Counted from the stretch's first letter, positions 10,510 through 21,194 are shown. The stretch is 64,000 nucleotides of DNA from Yuukianura sp. NJ FZ-2021 (GCA_046563655.1 CM102285.1:1426001-1490000); one strand, 5' to 3'. Notes: generated by a model from the sequence alone, not told the origin. Made by a program: numbers and translations.

Positions 10510-13070
10510 TTAGAAAGTTCCCTCAGGATGACGCTCCACAATCATTCCCACTGCCTGCAAATTACAACAAAAAAAATGTCAGGTTGTTTCATGAATTACT
10601 TCATGGTAATCAGGTAATCACTACTACTGTTAATCATCCCGGCGTCTTTGATAAATATTACTTAAGTACTAAAACATTTTTAAAAATGTATGAGCTTTCG
10701 TGTACTACCGCGCGTACCACTACATCTTTGGCAACGGCGGCCCTGAGAGCCTCATTTTTATAATTTTGCACAGTTTCGATGTAGCTGGATCCCAGAAACA
10801 TAGCTGTTCCGGAGAACAGCGATAGGGAATGAGCTCTCAGTCATTTGTGCTTAATTCAATGAGCAATCAACACTAATCAATTCAATTAATTAATGCCTTT
10901 GGAATCAATCAATGCGTTTCGTTTTACCTGTCCACCAGCAGCACATGCAGCGATGAGAGCAAATTGTTTGTTTTCTTGAATAAGGCGATTCGCACTGTGG
11001 CTCACGAGTCGGACACCTCAAACAAAAAAAAATGGAAAGATTTTAGCATGCATCTTTATGGAAATAGAAGAGTTCAAACTGTGACGACTCTTTTTGGCGA
11101 TGTTTATACCAGTCGCTCCAAACGGATGTCCAATGGACAACGATCCTCCCCAGTTGTTCAGTTTGTCAATTGGCACAGCACCAAACTTTCCACCTCGCTT
11201 CATGTGATTTTTGCAGAAGTAGTCGCTGTCAAGAGCCTTAAGATTGGCAAGAACTTGACCCTGAAAAAGCCAAGGTCAAGGTCAACTCAAACGGCATAAC
11301 AGATAAGAACTTTCTTTTTTCAATGGGACTTACAGCAAAGGCTTCATGAATTTCCCACACTCCGATGTCATTAGCAGTGAGTCCAGCTTTCTCAAGAATC
11401 AGTGGGATGACATAGGCGGGGCTGAAAGAAATTCCAAAAATACTTAAACCATAGTCATGTGTATCTCATGAAATTTTGAAAACTCAAACATTTTTTCCCG
11501 CCAATTCTTACCCGAGAAGCAATTCATCCTTGGGATCTTGCGCGACGTAAAGGAAGTTCCGCAAGTAGGCTTTTGGTTTCCAGCCTCGTTCCTTAGCTTT
11601 TTCCTGCGTAGTGACCAAGCAGGCGGAAGCTCCGTCAGTCTGAAGGAACCAGTTTAAAATGAAACGATAGAGAAATACTGGCAGTGTTTAGATTTTCAAT
11701 AAGCATGAGAATTGTTTCAAAGCGATGACAAGTAACACTTACAAGAAAACTGGCATTGGCTGCTGTGACGGTGCCATGTGGTTTGATAAAAGCTGGTTTG
11801 AGTTTACTCATTTGCTCCATCGAGGAAACCCGGATCCCGTTGTCCTTGTCAACAACATTTTTGGCTCCAGGAACTATTTAGAACAGAGAAACATAAAAAA
11901 CTGTCGTTGTGGAATCGATTTTGAAATTAATTAGTTTTGAATGCAACTGGAATTTTGTTGGATTTACCGGCAACTGGTATAACGTCCTTCAAAAATCCTT
12001 TTTCCTGAGCCTTCTTAGCGTTCGTGTGGGAACGGATTGCGAATTCATCTTGCTCCTGTCGGCTAATGTTGAAGGCTGCGGCTAGTCGATCACCTGAGTG
12101 TCCCATGATCTCACCCGTAGAAAATTCGGCAATCCCTGGAAGCTGTCAAAACAAAAATGTCGTTAGTTAATTTTCATATACAATTACTTTAATCCATTCG
12201 TTAAGAAGATTCGGTTGCACCTCGGGAGCAAAGTAGTCTGGACGGAGTTGAGTCAGAAGACCGAGCATCTGCCCAGTGGTCTTTGCACGGTTGGCCTTCA
12301 GCAGAAGACTTCTCATTTTTCGTGAATGACGAATCGGAGCATCGCTGAGGAACTCTACTCCTCCGGCAATACACTTGTCATAAGTTCCAGATGCGATGAG
12401 ACCAATGCCTATGAACCAAAGTATGACAATTACTACTCACGAAATTAGTTAAGGTCAAGTGGTAGGTCTAAACTCTAGACTAACAGTCTGTAATGGCAAC
12501 ATTAGAAGAGATGCAAGCCATAGTCACGGTATTGGCTGGTGTTTTGTTTGAATATCCAGCTCCAAGTGCAGCTTCACGTGCCACGTTGGCAGTTTTCACT
12601 TCCTGAATCACAGTTCCCATTACGATGTAATCAATTTCGTCTTTGCTAAGTCCAGTCTTGTCCGCCAAGCCCCTTTAAAGATATTAAATAGAAATAGACG
12701 TACGATCCAATTACTAATTGATTTACTCACTTACAATAAGGCGTAACGAGCCAGATCATGTGGCATTAGTTTCTGGAAGTCAGTGCCGGACTGTAGAAAT
12801 GGCGTCCGAACTCCATCGACGAATACGACATCTTTTCCGCCCGGCCTCGAAAGCTTTGACTGGGCACTTCCGCTAGCTAAGGATTGAGCTGTAATAAATA
12901 AACAAGGACACAAATCAGACACGTCTTCAACAGTCATCCACCATCAACAATCAACCATCTTGACTAACAATTAATCATCAATCATTAACTGCTTGTCTTA
13001 TACCTGAAGAGTGGAATAGACGGGCTCTTCCAAGTTCAATCGGTCCACGGAGAACTTTGCTGACCAACAT
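10510..13070 (-). CDS. HADHB: Mitochondrial trifunctional enzyme subunit beta (long-chain 3-ketoacyl-CoA thiolase), multi-exon
   Basis: Transit-like [39 protein letters not shown] (catalytic Cys); [46 protein letters not shown]. Last exon 10554-10510 reads [14 protein letters not shown]. Confidence 0.95.
10684..10850 (-). ncRNA. Candidate intronic box H/ACA snoRNA/scaRNA in the last HADHB intron
   Basis: Host-sense strand shows hairpin 1 (GCACA/TGTGC, TCCC/GGGA, GCTGTTC/GAACAGC), a hinge with ANANNA (AAATTA or ATAAAA), hairpin 2 (ATGAG-CT/AGCTCAT, GCCGC/GCGGT, TGCCA/TGGTA), then ACA+TTT. It is a GC-richer island in an intron longer than the other HADHB introns. Confidence 0.5.
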
Positions 13071-14078
13071 TTTTTAGCCTTGTCTCAGAAACTGATTAAA
13101 CTGAAACTAATTAAAATTGCAGAAAACAGCTGACACGACCTTTAGGAATTTGGAAACAAATACCTAGATGATGAATTAAATAGACCAGACAATATTATTG
13201 TTGAATGTAATTACCAGACAGTGTTGATTTCGAATGTCGAGCGAGGTCGAATTCTTTTTCTTTGTTTTTGTTACTCCACGGCCGACGACAGAACAACCAG
13301 CACACTCGGTTGTCTGTCTGTACGTCAAAAGTTGAAATGATATGAAGTGATTTTCGCGGCGAAAGTCCAATGTCCAATTCCGTTCCGAGTCCAAATTCCA
13401 TTGGAAGTTCCAATTAAGTTCAGTCAGTCTACGACGTACATGATAAGTATGCCTTAAAAGAACTTCGTAAAGGGCAAAAACATGTGAACTTCTTTTATTA
13501 AACATTTTAAGTACTTTTGCGAAAATTCTAACGAAAGTTGTTCAGGGTAATTACTTATCATATAAGGGGAATATTTTTGGGAACATATTTGACTCTGTAA
13601 TTTTTATCACAGACTGACTAATAAACTACTTTCTGACATCCCAATCTTCTTATCATACCAATGTTTCTTACGTTACGTTTCTTACGGAGTTTTTCCAAAA
13701 ACACGTAGTTCCACGAACCTTGAGACATCTTTGCTTTGTACCTGTAGAGTGGAACGCACAAGGATCAAATGTTGTAAAGACAATTAAAAGTTAATTAATT
13801 TTTCGTTTTAAATCAAAGTCGATCAAGTCGTTGTTTATGAAGCGTAGTTAAAAAGAAACACGTGAAGGTCAAATAAGTGGTTGACCTTGCTGGTGAATGT
13901 GGAGTTTTATGTCCTATTCAAATCGTTAACAATGGAGATTCAAATACTGACGTTTAAGACAAATACATAGAATGTACATTAGCAAGATAATAAGACAGGT
14001 GAACTCCCTCTAGATTAATCTTTGTAGCGAGAACGGTTGTACTTAGCTGGTTCAGGGACTGAGAGAACCGGTTGAAAA

Positions 14079-16625
14079 ATGGGGCATTCCTTTCTCGTTT
14101 TTATCGTTGTATTGGTAGTGGTTTCTGTTGCAAGCGGCGATCTATTTATACTGCAAAACCGTTTGCCCAGCGAGAGTAGAGAGAAAGCTGGGAAGACCAG
14201 GTTCATTTTTAAGGTAAATGACCCGGAGCGTATCAAAGAGGCAGATCAGTTGATCAGAGAAGGCAGAACTGTACCCAGCAGGGCTAAAATGGTGATTGGT
14301 ATAATTTGCAAAACTAAAGCGTCCTACAACCCTGACTGGAGTTTCCATTTTGGTACGTTAATGTCTCTTGTATTCTTGTATTTCAATATTAATACATACT
14401 TAAGAAAGTTATAAATAAACCGTTGTAAACGTCGTACTTAAGCTAAGGAAACGAAAGGAAGCTAGAGTGCATGACCCGGAAATTGTGTACTTTCGGTAAA
14501 ACCAGACCCGTACTAATCACCCCCAGGCTATGATAAACTGATTTGCGAAAACAGATTGCAAATCGAACAGTGGTTTCAGCGGTATAGTTATAGTGCAGAC
14601 AGACAGACAGACAGAGAGGCTCGGGGGAAAACTGAAAGTAGGTTATACTTTCCCGAGTAGGACGAGTACCCCATTTTGCAAATTCTAACGCCTGTATCTC
14701 TGGAACCGTCGATCAAAGGTCAAGGTCACCTTTACAAAAGTTGTTCACCACAATGAGATAAACAACAAATTTTTTCGATTTCCGTCAACAAATTTTGATC
14801 AAGTTAAAATTTCAAATCTTCCTGAGAATTAGGAGTTCGTCACCAGGTCAACTTTTTAGACCTTCCTGAGAATTAGGAGTTCGTCACCAAGTCACAATAT
14901 TAGACCTTCCTGAGAATTAGGAGTTCGTCACCAAGTCAAATTTCAGAGCTTCTTCAGAATTAGGAGTTCGTCACCAAGTCAAAATTTTAGACCTTCCTGA
15001 GAATTAGGAGATCGTCACCATATCAAAATTTCAGAGCTTCATCAGAATTAGGAGTTCGTCACCAAGTCAAAATTCTAGACATTGATGAGAATTAGGAGTT
15101 CGTCACCAAGTCAAAGTTTAAGACATTCCTGAGAATTAGGAGTTCGTCACTAAGTAAAAATTTTAGAGATTCATGAGAATTAGGAGTTCGTCACCAAGTC
15201 AAAATTTTAGCTTTTCCTGAGAATTAGGAGTTCGTCACCAAGTCCAAATTTTAGCTTTTCCTAAGAATTAGGAGTTCGTCACCAAGTCAAAATTTTAGAG
15301 CTTCCTGAGAATTAGGAGTTCATCACTAAGGACGGCTGTATATCCAGTGGAAGAAATGTACGAAATCGAAGGTTCTTCGGGATGTCAACTAATTGAATAC
15401 AAATAGCTTAAAAATGAAAATACTATGCAAAAACAACGTGAATATCGTTTTAAATAAGTTTTAAATAATTAACTAATTTTAACGGCGAAAGAAAAGCTTT
15501 TTGATGTCATTTTGTAGGTTAGGTTAGGTAATGTTTTCGAATTTCGCGCTAAATTTTTGATTTCTTCCATCCACTAATAATAGTTTCGTCCATTTCTGGT
15601 ACATTTCTTCCAGTGTATACCCAGTGGAAGTGGCAATTAAGCCACCGGTCGTTCAAGAATCCACCCACACTGCTAAAAACACTACCGTAGTTCACTTATG
15701 GCAACATATGTAGGATACCCTGCGTAATATTATGTTTTCCGTTGGTTACTTCAATATTTTATGAGATAATAAACTTGTGGCGATTGGTCAGCAAGTCCCC
15801 ACTGCCAATCGCCAGATGGAGAGTGTACGAAGTGGCCCGTGTCTCACTCCCATCACATACACCAGTTCCCTTCCTTTGACAAGCCAGATCGAACCGGTAG
15901 CTCAATTGGTAGAGAGCATCTTCCCGGATTGAAGAGGTGTGGGTTCGAGTCCCACTCGGTTCCTTTATTTTTTCTGGCTTGTCCTTTGTTTCCCCTTTTA
16001 TCCCTCCCCCAGTCCTCACATATGGTGCCGAAAGACGGTTGTTCCGAGCCGTCGGAGGACTTCGGGGGCGGGGTGGTGTGGCGATTGGTCAGCAAGTCCC
16101 CACTGCCAATCGCCAGATGGAGAGTGTACGAAGTGGCCCGTGTCTCACTCCCATCACATACACCAGTTCCCTTCCTTTGACAAGCCAGATCGAACCGGTA
16201 GCTCAATTGGTAAAGAGAGCATCTTCCCGGATTGAAGAGGTGTGGGTTCGAGTCCCACTCGGTTCTTTATTTTTTCTGGCTTGTCCTTTGTTTCCCCTTT
16301 ATCCCTCTCCCTAGTCCTCACAAACTGTCCTCAACGTCCAACATAAGTTTAAACCTGACGAAATGAAAATCGATTTGTGAAAAGCAGATAAGCTAATTTA
16401 CGGTTCCATCGGTGAAATTCGTAGGAGACAATAAATGGTCATACATTTATTGTATTTTTAGATCCGGATACTATTCATTTTGCGGACGCGATGATAGAAG
16501 TATGTGATGCAAGCCCGGAATATTTGGAGGAACATTTAAAGGAAGCTGGCGGTTCCTTCCTACCTCAGAATAGGTGGTGCCCATGGGGGGCTTACTTTTT
16601 GGGCCGTTTGAACACTACAACATAA
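14079..16625 (+). CDS. Secreted BP74-N / CaM-BP15-like small protein, 2 exons (14079-14352, 16462-16625)
   Basis: Signal peptide, then [78 protein letters not shown]. The phase-1 GT-AG join is in frame. Motifs YNPxWSxH, IEVCDA, GGxFLP and WCPW recall the actinobacterial/Dictyostelium family (recognised from memory). Confidence 0.8.
14590..15330. mobile_element. Probable DINE-1/Helentron-type non-autonomous element (boundaries uncertain)
   Basis: (CAGA)n microsatellite at ~14596-14615, short inverted repeat ctcggg..aaa/tttcccgag, tatctctggaacc and acaaaagttgtt blocks, then an internal tandem array. This architecture is typical of such elements. Confidence 0.4.
14817..15330. repeat. 44-bp minisatellite, 12 copies
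   Basis: Consensus ~cctgagaattaggagttcgtcaccaagtcaaaattttagacctt. Units start at 14821, 14865, 14909, 14952, 14996, 15040, 15084, 15128, 15172, 15216, 15260 and 15304. Confidence 0.95.
15345..15615. mobile_element. Putative MITE, ~270 bp
   Basis: Terminal inverted repeats cagtggaagaaatgtac / gtacatttcttccagtg (16/17 match), AT-rich non-coding interior, TA at the right flank. Confidence 0.55.
15891..15963 (+). tRNA. tRNA-like cloverleaf inside the 5' LTR (nominal anticodon GGA; probably not a decoding tRNA)
   Basis: Acceptor GAACCGG/TCGGTTC; D arm GCTC/GAGC with A box TAGCTCAATTGG; anticodon stem TCTTC/GAAGA with loop CCGGATT (atypical C33/U37); T arm GTGGG-TTCGAGT-CCCAC (B box); followed by TTTATTTTTT. 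Confidence 0.8.
16192..16266 (+). tRNA. tRNA-like cloverleaf inside the 3' LTR
   Basis: Same as the 5' copy, with 2 extra A in the D loop; followed by an oligo-T tract. Confidence 0.8.
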
Positions 16626-16942
16626 AACTAGCAATAAATACAGTAAACTTAAATCAACAATTGAGTAATTATTTATAAACCATTGTCAATGCCAACACCA
16701 TATGAAAGTAGCGAAATGAACATGAAGGCTTATTTGTAACTCTCGGACGGATGGACACACACGTTCGGAAACATAATGTACCTAACTGCATTCGTTGCTG
16801 AATAACTCCAGTAATTAAAATGGATTTATTGAATATTGGAAATGTGCTTTTGGTAATTACGTTTGAGGTTGCGGAAAAACTAATTGGAAGTTAGCGATTG
16901 TGAATGATTTAGGTACAATGTACACTCTACACGGAAGTATAG

Positions 16943-18598
16943 TTAAAGAACTGTGCAAGTGTCCTTTGCACATCGTTTGCATCCTTCTAGGACTACAGCT
17001 AAAGCGTCAATAAGTCCATGGCCGAAGGAGTAGTTCGGGAATCGATGTTCGTTATTGCCGTAGCCATCACATTCAGAGTCGGTTCCAGTAAAAGTCAGGT
17101 TCTGAGTCGCAGTTGCAGCCAGAATTTTCTTCACGAGCTCAAAATCAAACTGTCCGTCACAAGTTGACTTTAACAGTGCCACTACTCCAGCGACATGTGG
17201 ACATGCCATTGACGTCCCAGACATGACTTCGTAGTGCTCATCGTGTCCAATTCCTGCCGAAACCACATCGACTCCAGGAGCAGCGATGTCCGGTTTATGT
17301 TCATCCATCATAGTAGGAGGGTCCCCTGGAACTAAACGCTGCAATTTTATCATCCGGAGCGGTGGCTGCGACGGAAATAACTCCAGCCAATGAGTCTGCC
17401 GGAGACGCAATAGTTCCACATCTCGGACCGAAGTTGCCAGCCGCGAAAATGGGGATGATATTTGCCATACGCCAGGCACGTATAGTGGCGTCAAAGAATG
17501 TTAGCCCTGCAATCGGGGATCCCCACGAGTTGCTACAATTTAAATAAAGGTTTTATTCATGTTGAGGTTTTAAGTAAACACCTCTAATTCGTAATGCACT
17601 CTCGGTTTTAAGTATTACCTCACTACTTGTGGTGCTTTGGAACAATCGAAGGTGGTTCCATTGTAATCGTGAGGACAAACCATGAATTGACCGCATTCGA
17701 GTAGTGATGACTCCGATCCACCAAATTGACTGAGGCCTCTGCATGCAATCCATTTGGCGGCAGGAGCAACGCCTATTCCAAACCTAAATAAAATTAAGGT
17801 ATATCAAAAAAGTTTCACGTTTTCAGATTCCTTCATAAATCCTTTATTCACTTAAATTAGACAAAAAGTAAATTCGGCTATATACCCTCCAGCGATTGTT
17901 CCAGTTACGTGAGTTCCATGTCCCACAGGATCAATGGGCTCCTTACTGCCAGAAATGGGATCATACCACGAGTATGAGTCACCACGGTAGCTTTCTCTGA
18001 TAGCTGCATGCTTGAACATAACACCCGTGTCAATGATTCCCACAGTCACTCCTTGACCTGTCCCAGCAATAGCCCATGCCTCTTTGACCTTGATTCTCTC
18101 AATGCCCCAGACATTGTCGCCCACCTTCCAGTCTGCCGGAGTACTTGCAACAGGAATGTTCAACGGAATCGTGATTTCCTCATGGATTTCCTCCACTTCC
18201 TCCATTTCTGCCAGTCGAGCGATGATGGAAGCATCAGCAGACTCAATGTAAAGTTGGTTTGAAATCCACAGGGATTTGATCTTGAACGAGGTCAAGTTGT
18301 GGGACTCGAGCAGAGAGAGAGCGGCTGCCTGTGATCGCTTGGCGTGTGATGTTAGGGTCCTGTATACCTCCATTGCGGCGACGCCATGTTGGTCGTGCTG
18401 TTTTCTGTTATGCGCAAGAGTCGAGAGGACTCCATTCGTGTTCTCAAAGGAAACCAAGACATGGACCCTGCCGCTGACTTTCAGCGCCTGCTCAATTCCT
18501 GGATCAACTTTACTTTGTAACTCGATGCCGAGCGAAGAATTAAACACCATTCCCAAGATTAGTAAACAGAAAATCGACTTCATTTTGAAAAATTCCAT
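16943..18598 (-). CDS. Secreted S8 subtilisin-like protease (bacillopeptidase F-like), 3 exons, with an apparent frameshift near 17303 (pseudogene or sequence error)
   Basis: Signal peptide and propeptide; VGIIDTG (Asp), GHGTHVTG (His), GIGVAPAAKWIAC, SNSWG, FAAGN, FSSRGP; then KPDIAAPG and SGTSMACPHVAG (Ser) in the +1 frame after TGA at 17303-17301. Confidence 0.9.
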
Positions 18599-19388
18599 TC
18601 TACGTTTTTTTTTGTTCTTTTTTTCAATTCTTGTTAAAATTGTGTTTTACAGAGTGAGACACCACTGTTTGATTTTTTGTCAGATACTGGTAGGGAATTA
18701 TATAGGTGACAAATTGTGACATCCCCATGTTCACCCAGGGTCGAAGTTATAAAAATGAAAAATTCAGAAAAGTTATGACAAGATATAAAACACCAAATTC
18801 AGAAAATTTGTTGAAAAAAGTAGGTTAAGCGGTGTGGAAATCTACTTGTTTTATAGACTCGATTGATGCAAACTTGTTGCATTTCCAGGCAGTTTGAGTT
18901 CGAAATTTGGAAAATGAGAAATTGCGAATTCTGGGTAATCTATAAAAAATTTCTTTTTACTACGGATTGCAATAAAACACTTTGTATTGAGGGTCATTTG
19001 AAACGTTAAACATTTTACACGTCAGCCAAACGCTCAAGTTTTTCCTGTTAATGCTAATCATTTAAACTGGAAATATTTTTGAAGGTTTGTATGTTGTAAT
19101 ATCCTGACACCTTTTCGAAAAAAATAGGAAACGTTGCAATAATAAGATAATTTTAGTTGTTTTTTAAACTAAGCTACGTGGATTTCCACTTTTCAGTATT
19201 TCAGTTATTCTTTTACGCTAAAATTTTGACATGACCTACTTTTAAAAAATTTAAAACACTGTCAATGACATCAATTGGAATTACTTACGATATAACTTTT
19301 TTAAATTTATTTAACATACGGAAATAAAATGTTTCTTATACATATTGTCTAAAATTAATTCGGGATTAGGGTCTTCAGAACAAAAAGA

Positions 19389-20318
19389 TTACCGCTGAAA
19401 CTTAGTATTTCTTGGATCCATTCTGGCACGTTTGCCTTTCTTCGATTTCGGATGAAGTTGTTTTGTTTGTTTCTGTTTTCCACCATGCTTCACAAATGAT
19501 TTTGACTTTGAGTCGCCAGTATCGCTTGCACCGGAAGCACCAGCCCTGGCTAACCGATTTTTAGCACGAGACTTTTTGTTTTTCTGTTTATATCTTTGGG
19601 AAGCCTTGTATGTTTTACTCTGTTGAAGTAATTGGTTCGTTGTGCGTTTTAGCATGGACTTGACATTGGTGTTTGGTGGTAGCTGAGGTTGTAGAGTTTC
19701 TGGTGACTCGATGTCGACATCCGAATCTTCATCAGAGTCAAACGGTGTCAATTTTTTGTGAATATCATCAAGGGAACTAACAGTGACAGTCTTGGATCCG
19801 ATAATAAAAGATTCTGATTTCAGTTTCCGTTCATCTTCTAAATCTCCTTGAGTGAAACCAATGATCTTCTCTACTTCGGGCAGAATTGAATGGGAGCTGG
19901 AGACTCTACCGACAGATTTCTTTGCCTTCAAGGAACCAATACGTTAGACTTCAACATCTATTAATTATACAACGTTTTCTCCTGTACCTCTGCTCGTATC
20001 CGCTGCTTTTCCAGGGCTAATCGTTTCTCCAGTTTGGATTTGTAAAATGCTTTCTTCTGCAACTTCCGTTTATGAAATCCGGACAGAAATTCCCTAGAAA
20101 GTAGCGATCAGAACATTGTAATATTCATGTCATTAATGTCATTAATTTAATCGATTCATTACTATTTACTAACTACAAATATGATTTCACAAAGATTCAA
20201 ATTATTGTATAAAATCTACAAATACAAGACCCAGAACGTACTTTCTAGCCTCGTCGTCGAACTTGATTTCCAACTGTTTCGGTTTCTTCTTGAAATTGAC
20301 ATTATACTTCTTCTTCAT
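19389..20318 (-). CDS. NOL12: Nucleolar protein 12 / Rrp17 homolog, 3 exons
   Basis: MKKKYNVNFKKKPKQLEIKFDDEARK|EFLSGFHKRKLQKK contains the FD..R..FL.GFHKRK signature; TVTVSSL motif and a basic tail. Confidence 0.85.
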
Positions 20319-20651
20319 CGTTATAAATTGTAATTATAAATCAATTAATTGAGGAAAATTAAAATATCGTAATTCGTACTTTACTAGAAAAACAGCAGAG
20401 TAGTTAAAACTAAAAAACAAACCAACAACATGTGTTTTCTGATTTGAATGAAAAGTTTCCCGCGTTTAAAAAAATTAAGCGTCATCGTCCCGCTTATGAG
20501 TACGACTTCTTTTTAATACAAAAAGTCGAATTTTGTTCAAAAAATCATCGTTTTAATCATTTAACGAATTTCATTCCGTTTAACATTCATTATAATTTAC
20601 GGATTTTGTAATCTTCGAATGAGATTTTTCAAATTTAGGATTTTCTGGCCC

Positions 20652-21194
20652 TCAATGACCCAAGTGATGCACAGCACTTGGATGACCTTGACCTCGCTCC
20701 TCAAGCAAAAGCGGTTCTTCGAATCCTTGGCCAGAACCGCTTGACCTCTTAGTGGCCAAGGCAGAACGCAGTTCCATGTTCTCAGCAACGGCTTGAGCAA
20801 GCTAATTAACAACTCTAATTAATTCAAAAACTGAATTCGAAATTTCCCTCCTGCGCATGCGTCTACCTTGTCATGAGTTTCCGTCAGTTCCTTCTTGAGT
20901 GCTTCCAGTTCAGCCTTCATTGGACACACCCAGAGACAGATTTTCCATGAAAAACGCAACCGGATTGGCTGGTTTGACTGGATTTTCGTACAGTGCAACC
21001 AATCCACGTGTCAAAGCATCCAGAGTGCCCGTGGTCTCCAAGTAGTCACGAAACTCTTTACGTTTCAGACGAAGCGCTTCCTAAAATTTCGATATTTCAG
21101 AATTTCAAAATTTCATTTTTTTTTAATTTTCCCAAAACTGAAATCCAACCTTCATCTCATGGTTGACCGACTCTGCATTCGCTCCAGAAGCCAT
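20652..21194 (-). CDS. MYCBP: c-Myc-binding protein (AMY-1) homolog, 3 exons, with an apparent frameshift near 20912
   Basis: MASGANAESVNHEMK|EALRLKRKEFRDYLETTGTLDALTRGLVALYENPVKPANPVAFF matches the MYCBP core. The coiled coil ELEALKKELTETHDK|LAQAVAENMELR lies in the +1 frame after TGA at 20912-20910. Confidence 0.8.

Larger units (their letters stand above)
15776..16322 (+). mobile_element. TRIM (miniature non-autonomous LTR retrotransposon) with tRNA-containing LTRs, Helenus-like
   Basis: LTR1 15776-16020 and LTR2 16077-16322 both run TGTGG...CTCACA and are near-identical. The 56-bp interior has a PBS (TGGTGCCGAAA, from 16023) and a G-rich PPT (GGGGGCGGGGTGG) abutting LTR2. 4-bp TSD AACT on both sides. 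Confidence 0.93.

Noticed and set aside
10461-10763. 100-aa plus-strand ORF
   Set aside because: It is antisense to the last HADHB exon and intron and has no recognisable features.
10555-10927. Intron-embedded RNase P RNA, or a C/D snoRNA at ~10580-10642
   Set aside because: No RNase P CR-I/CR-V motifs seen; the C-box-like GGGATGA is imperfect and I could not identify a guide target.
14817-15330. CRISPR-like appearance (conserved ~26-bp core plus variable segment)
   Set aside because: The variable parts are homologous variants of one another rather than unique spacers, the context is a eukaryotic intron, and there are no cas genes. It is a minisatellite.
15891-16266. Two genuine tRNA-Ser(GGA) genes
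   Set aside because: C33/U37 loop, no long variable arm, a G34 Ser anticodon atypical for eukaryotes, and both copies lie inside LTRs.
15759-16314. Several overlapping ORFs of 86-125 aa
   Set aside because: They are by-products of the GC-richer LTR duplication and show no gag/pol motifs.
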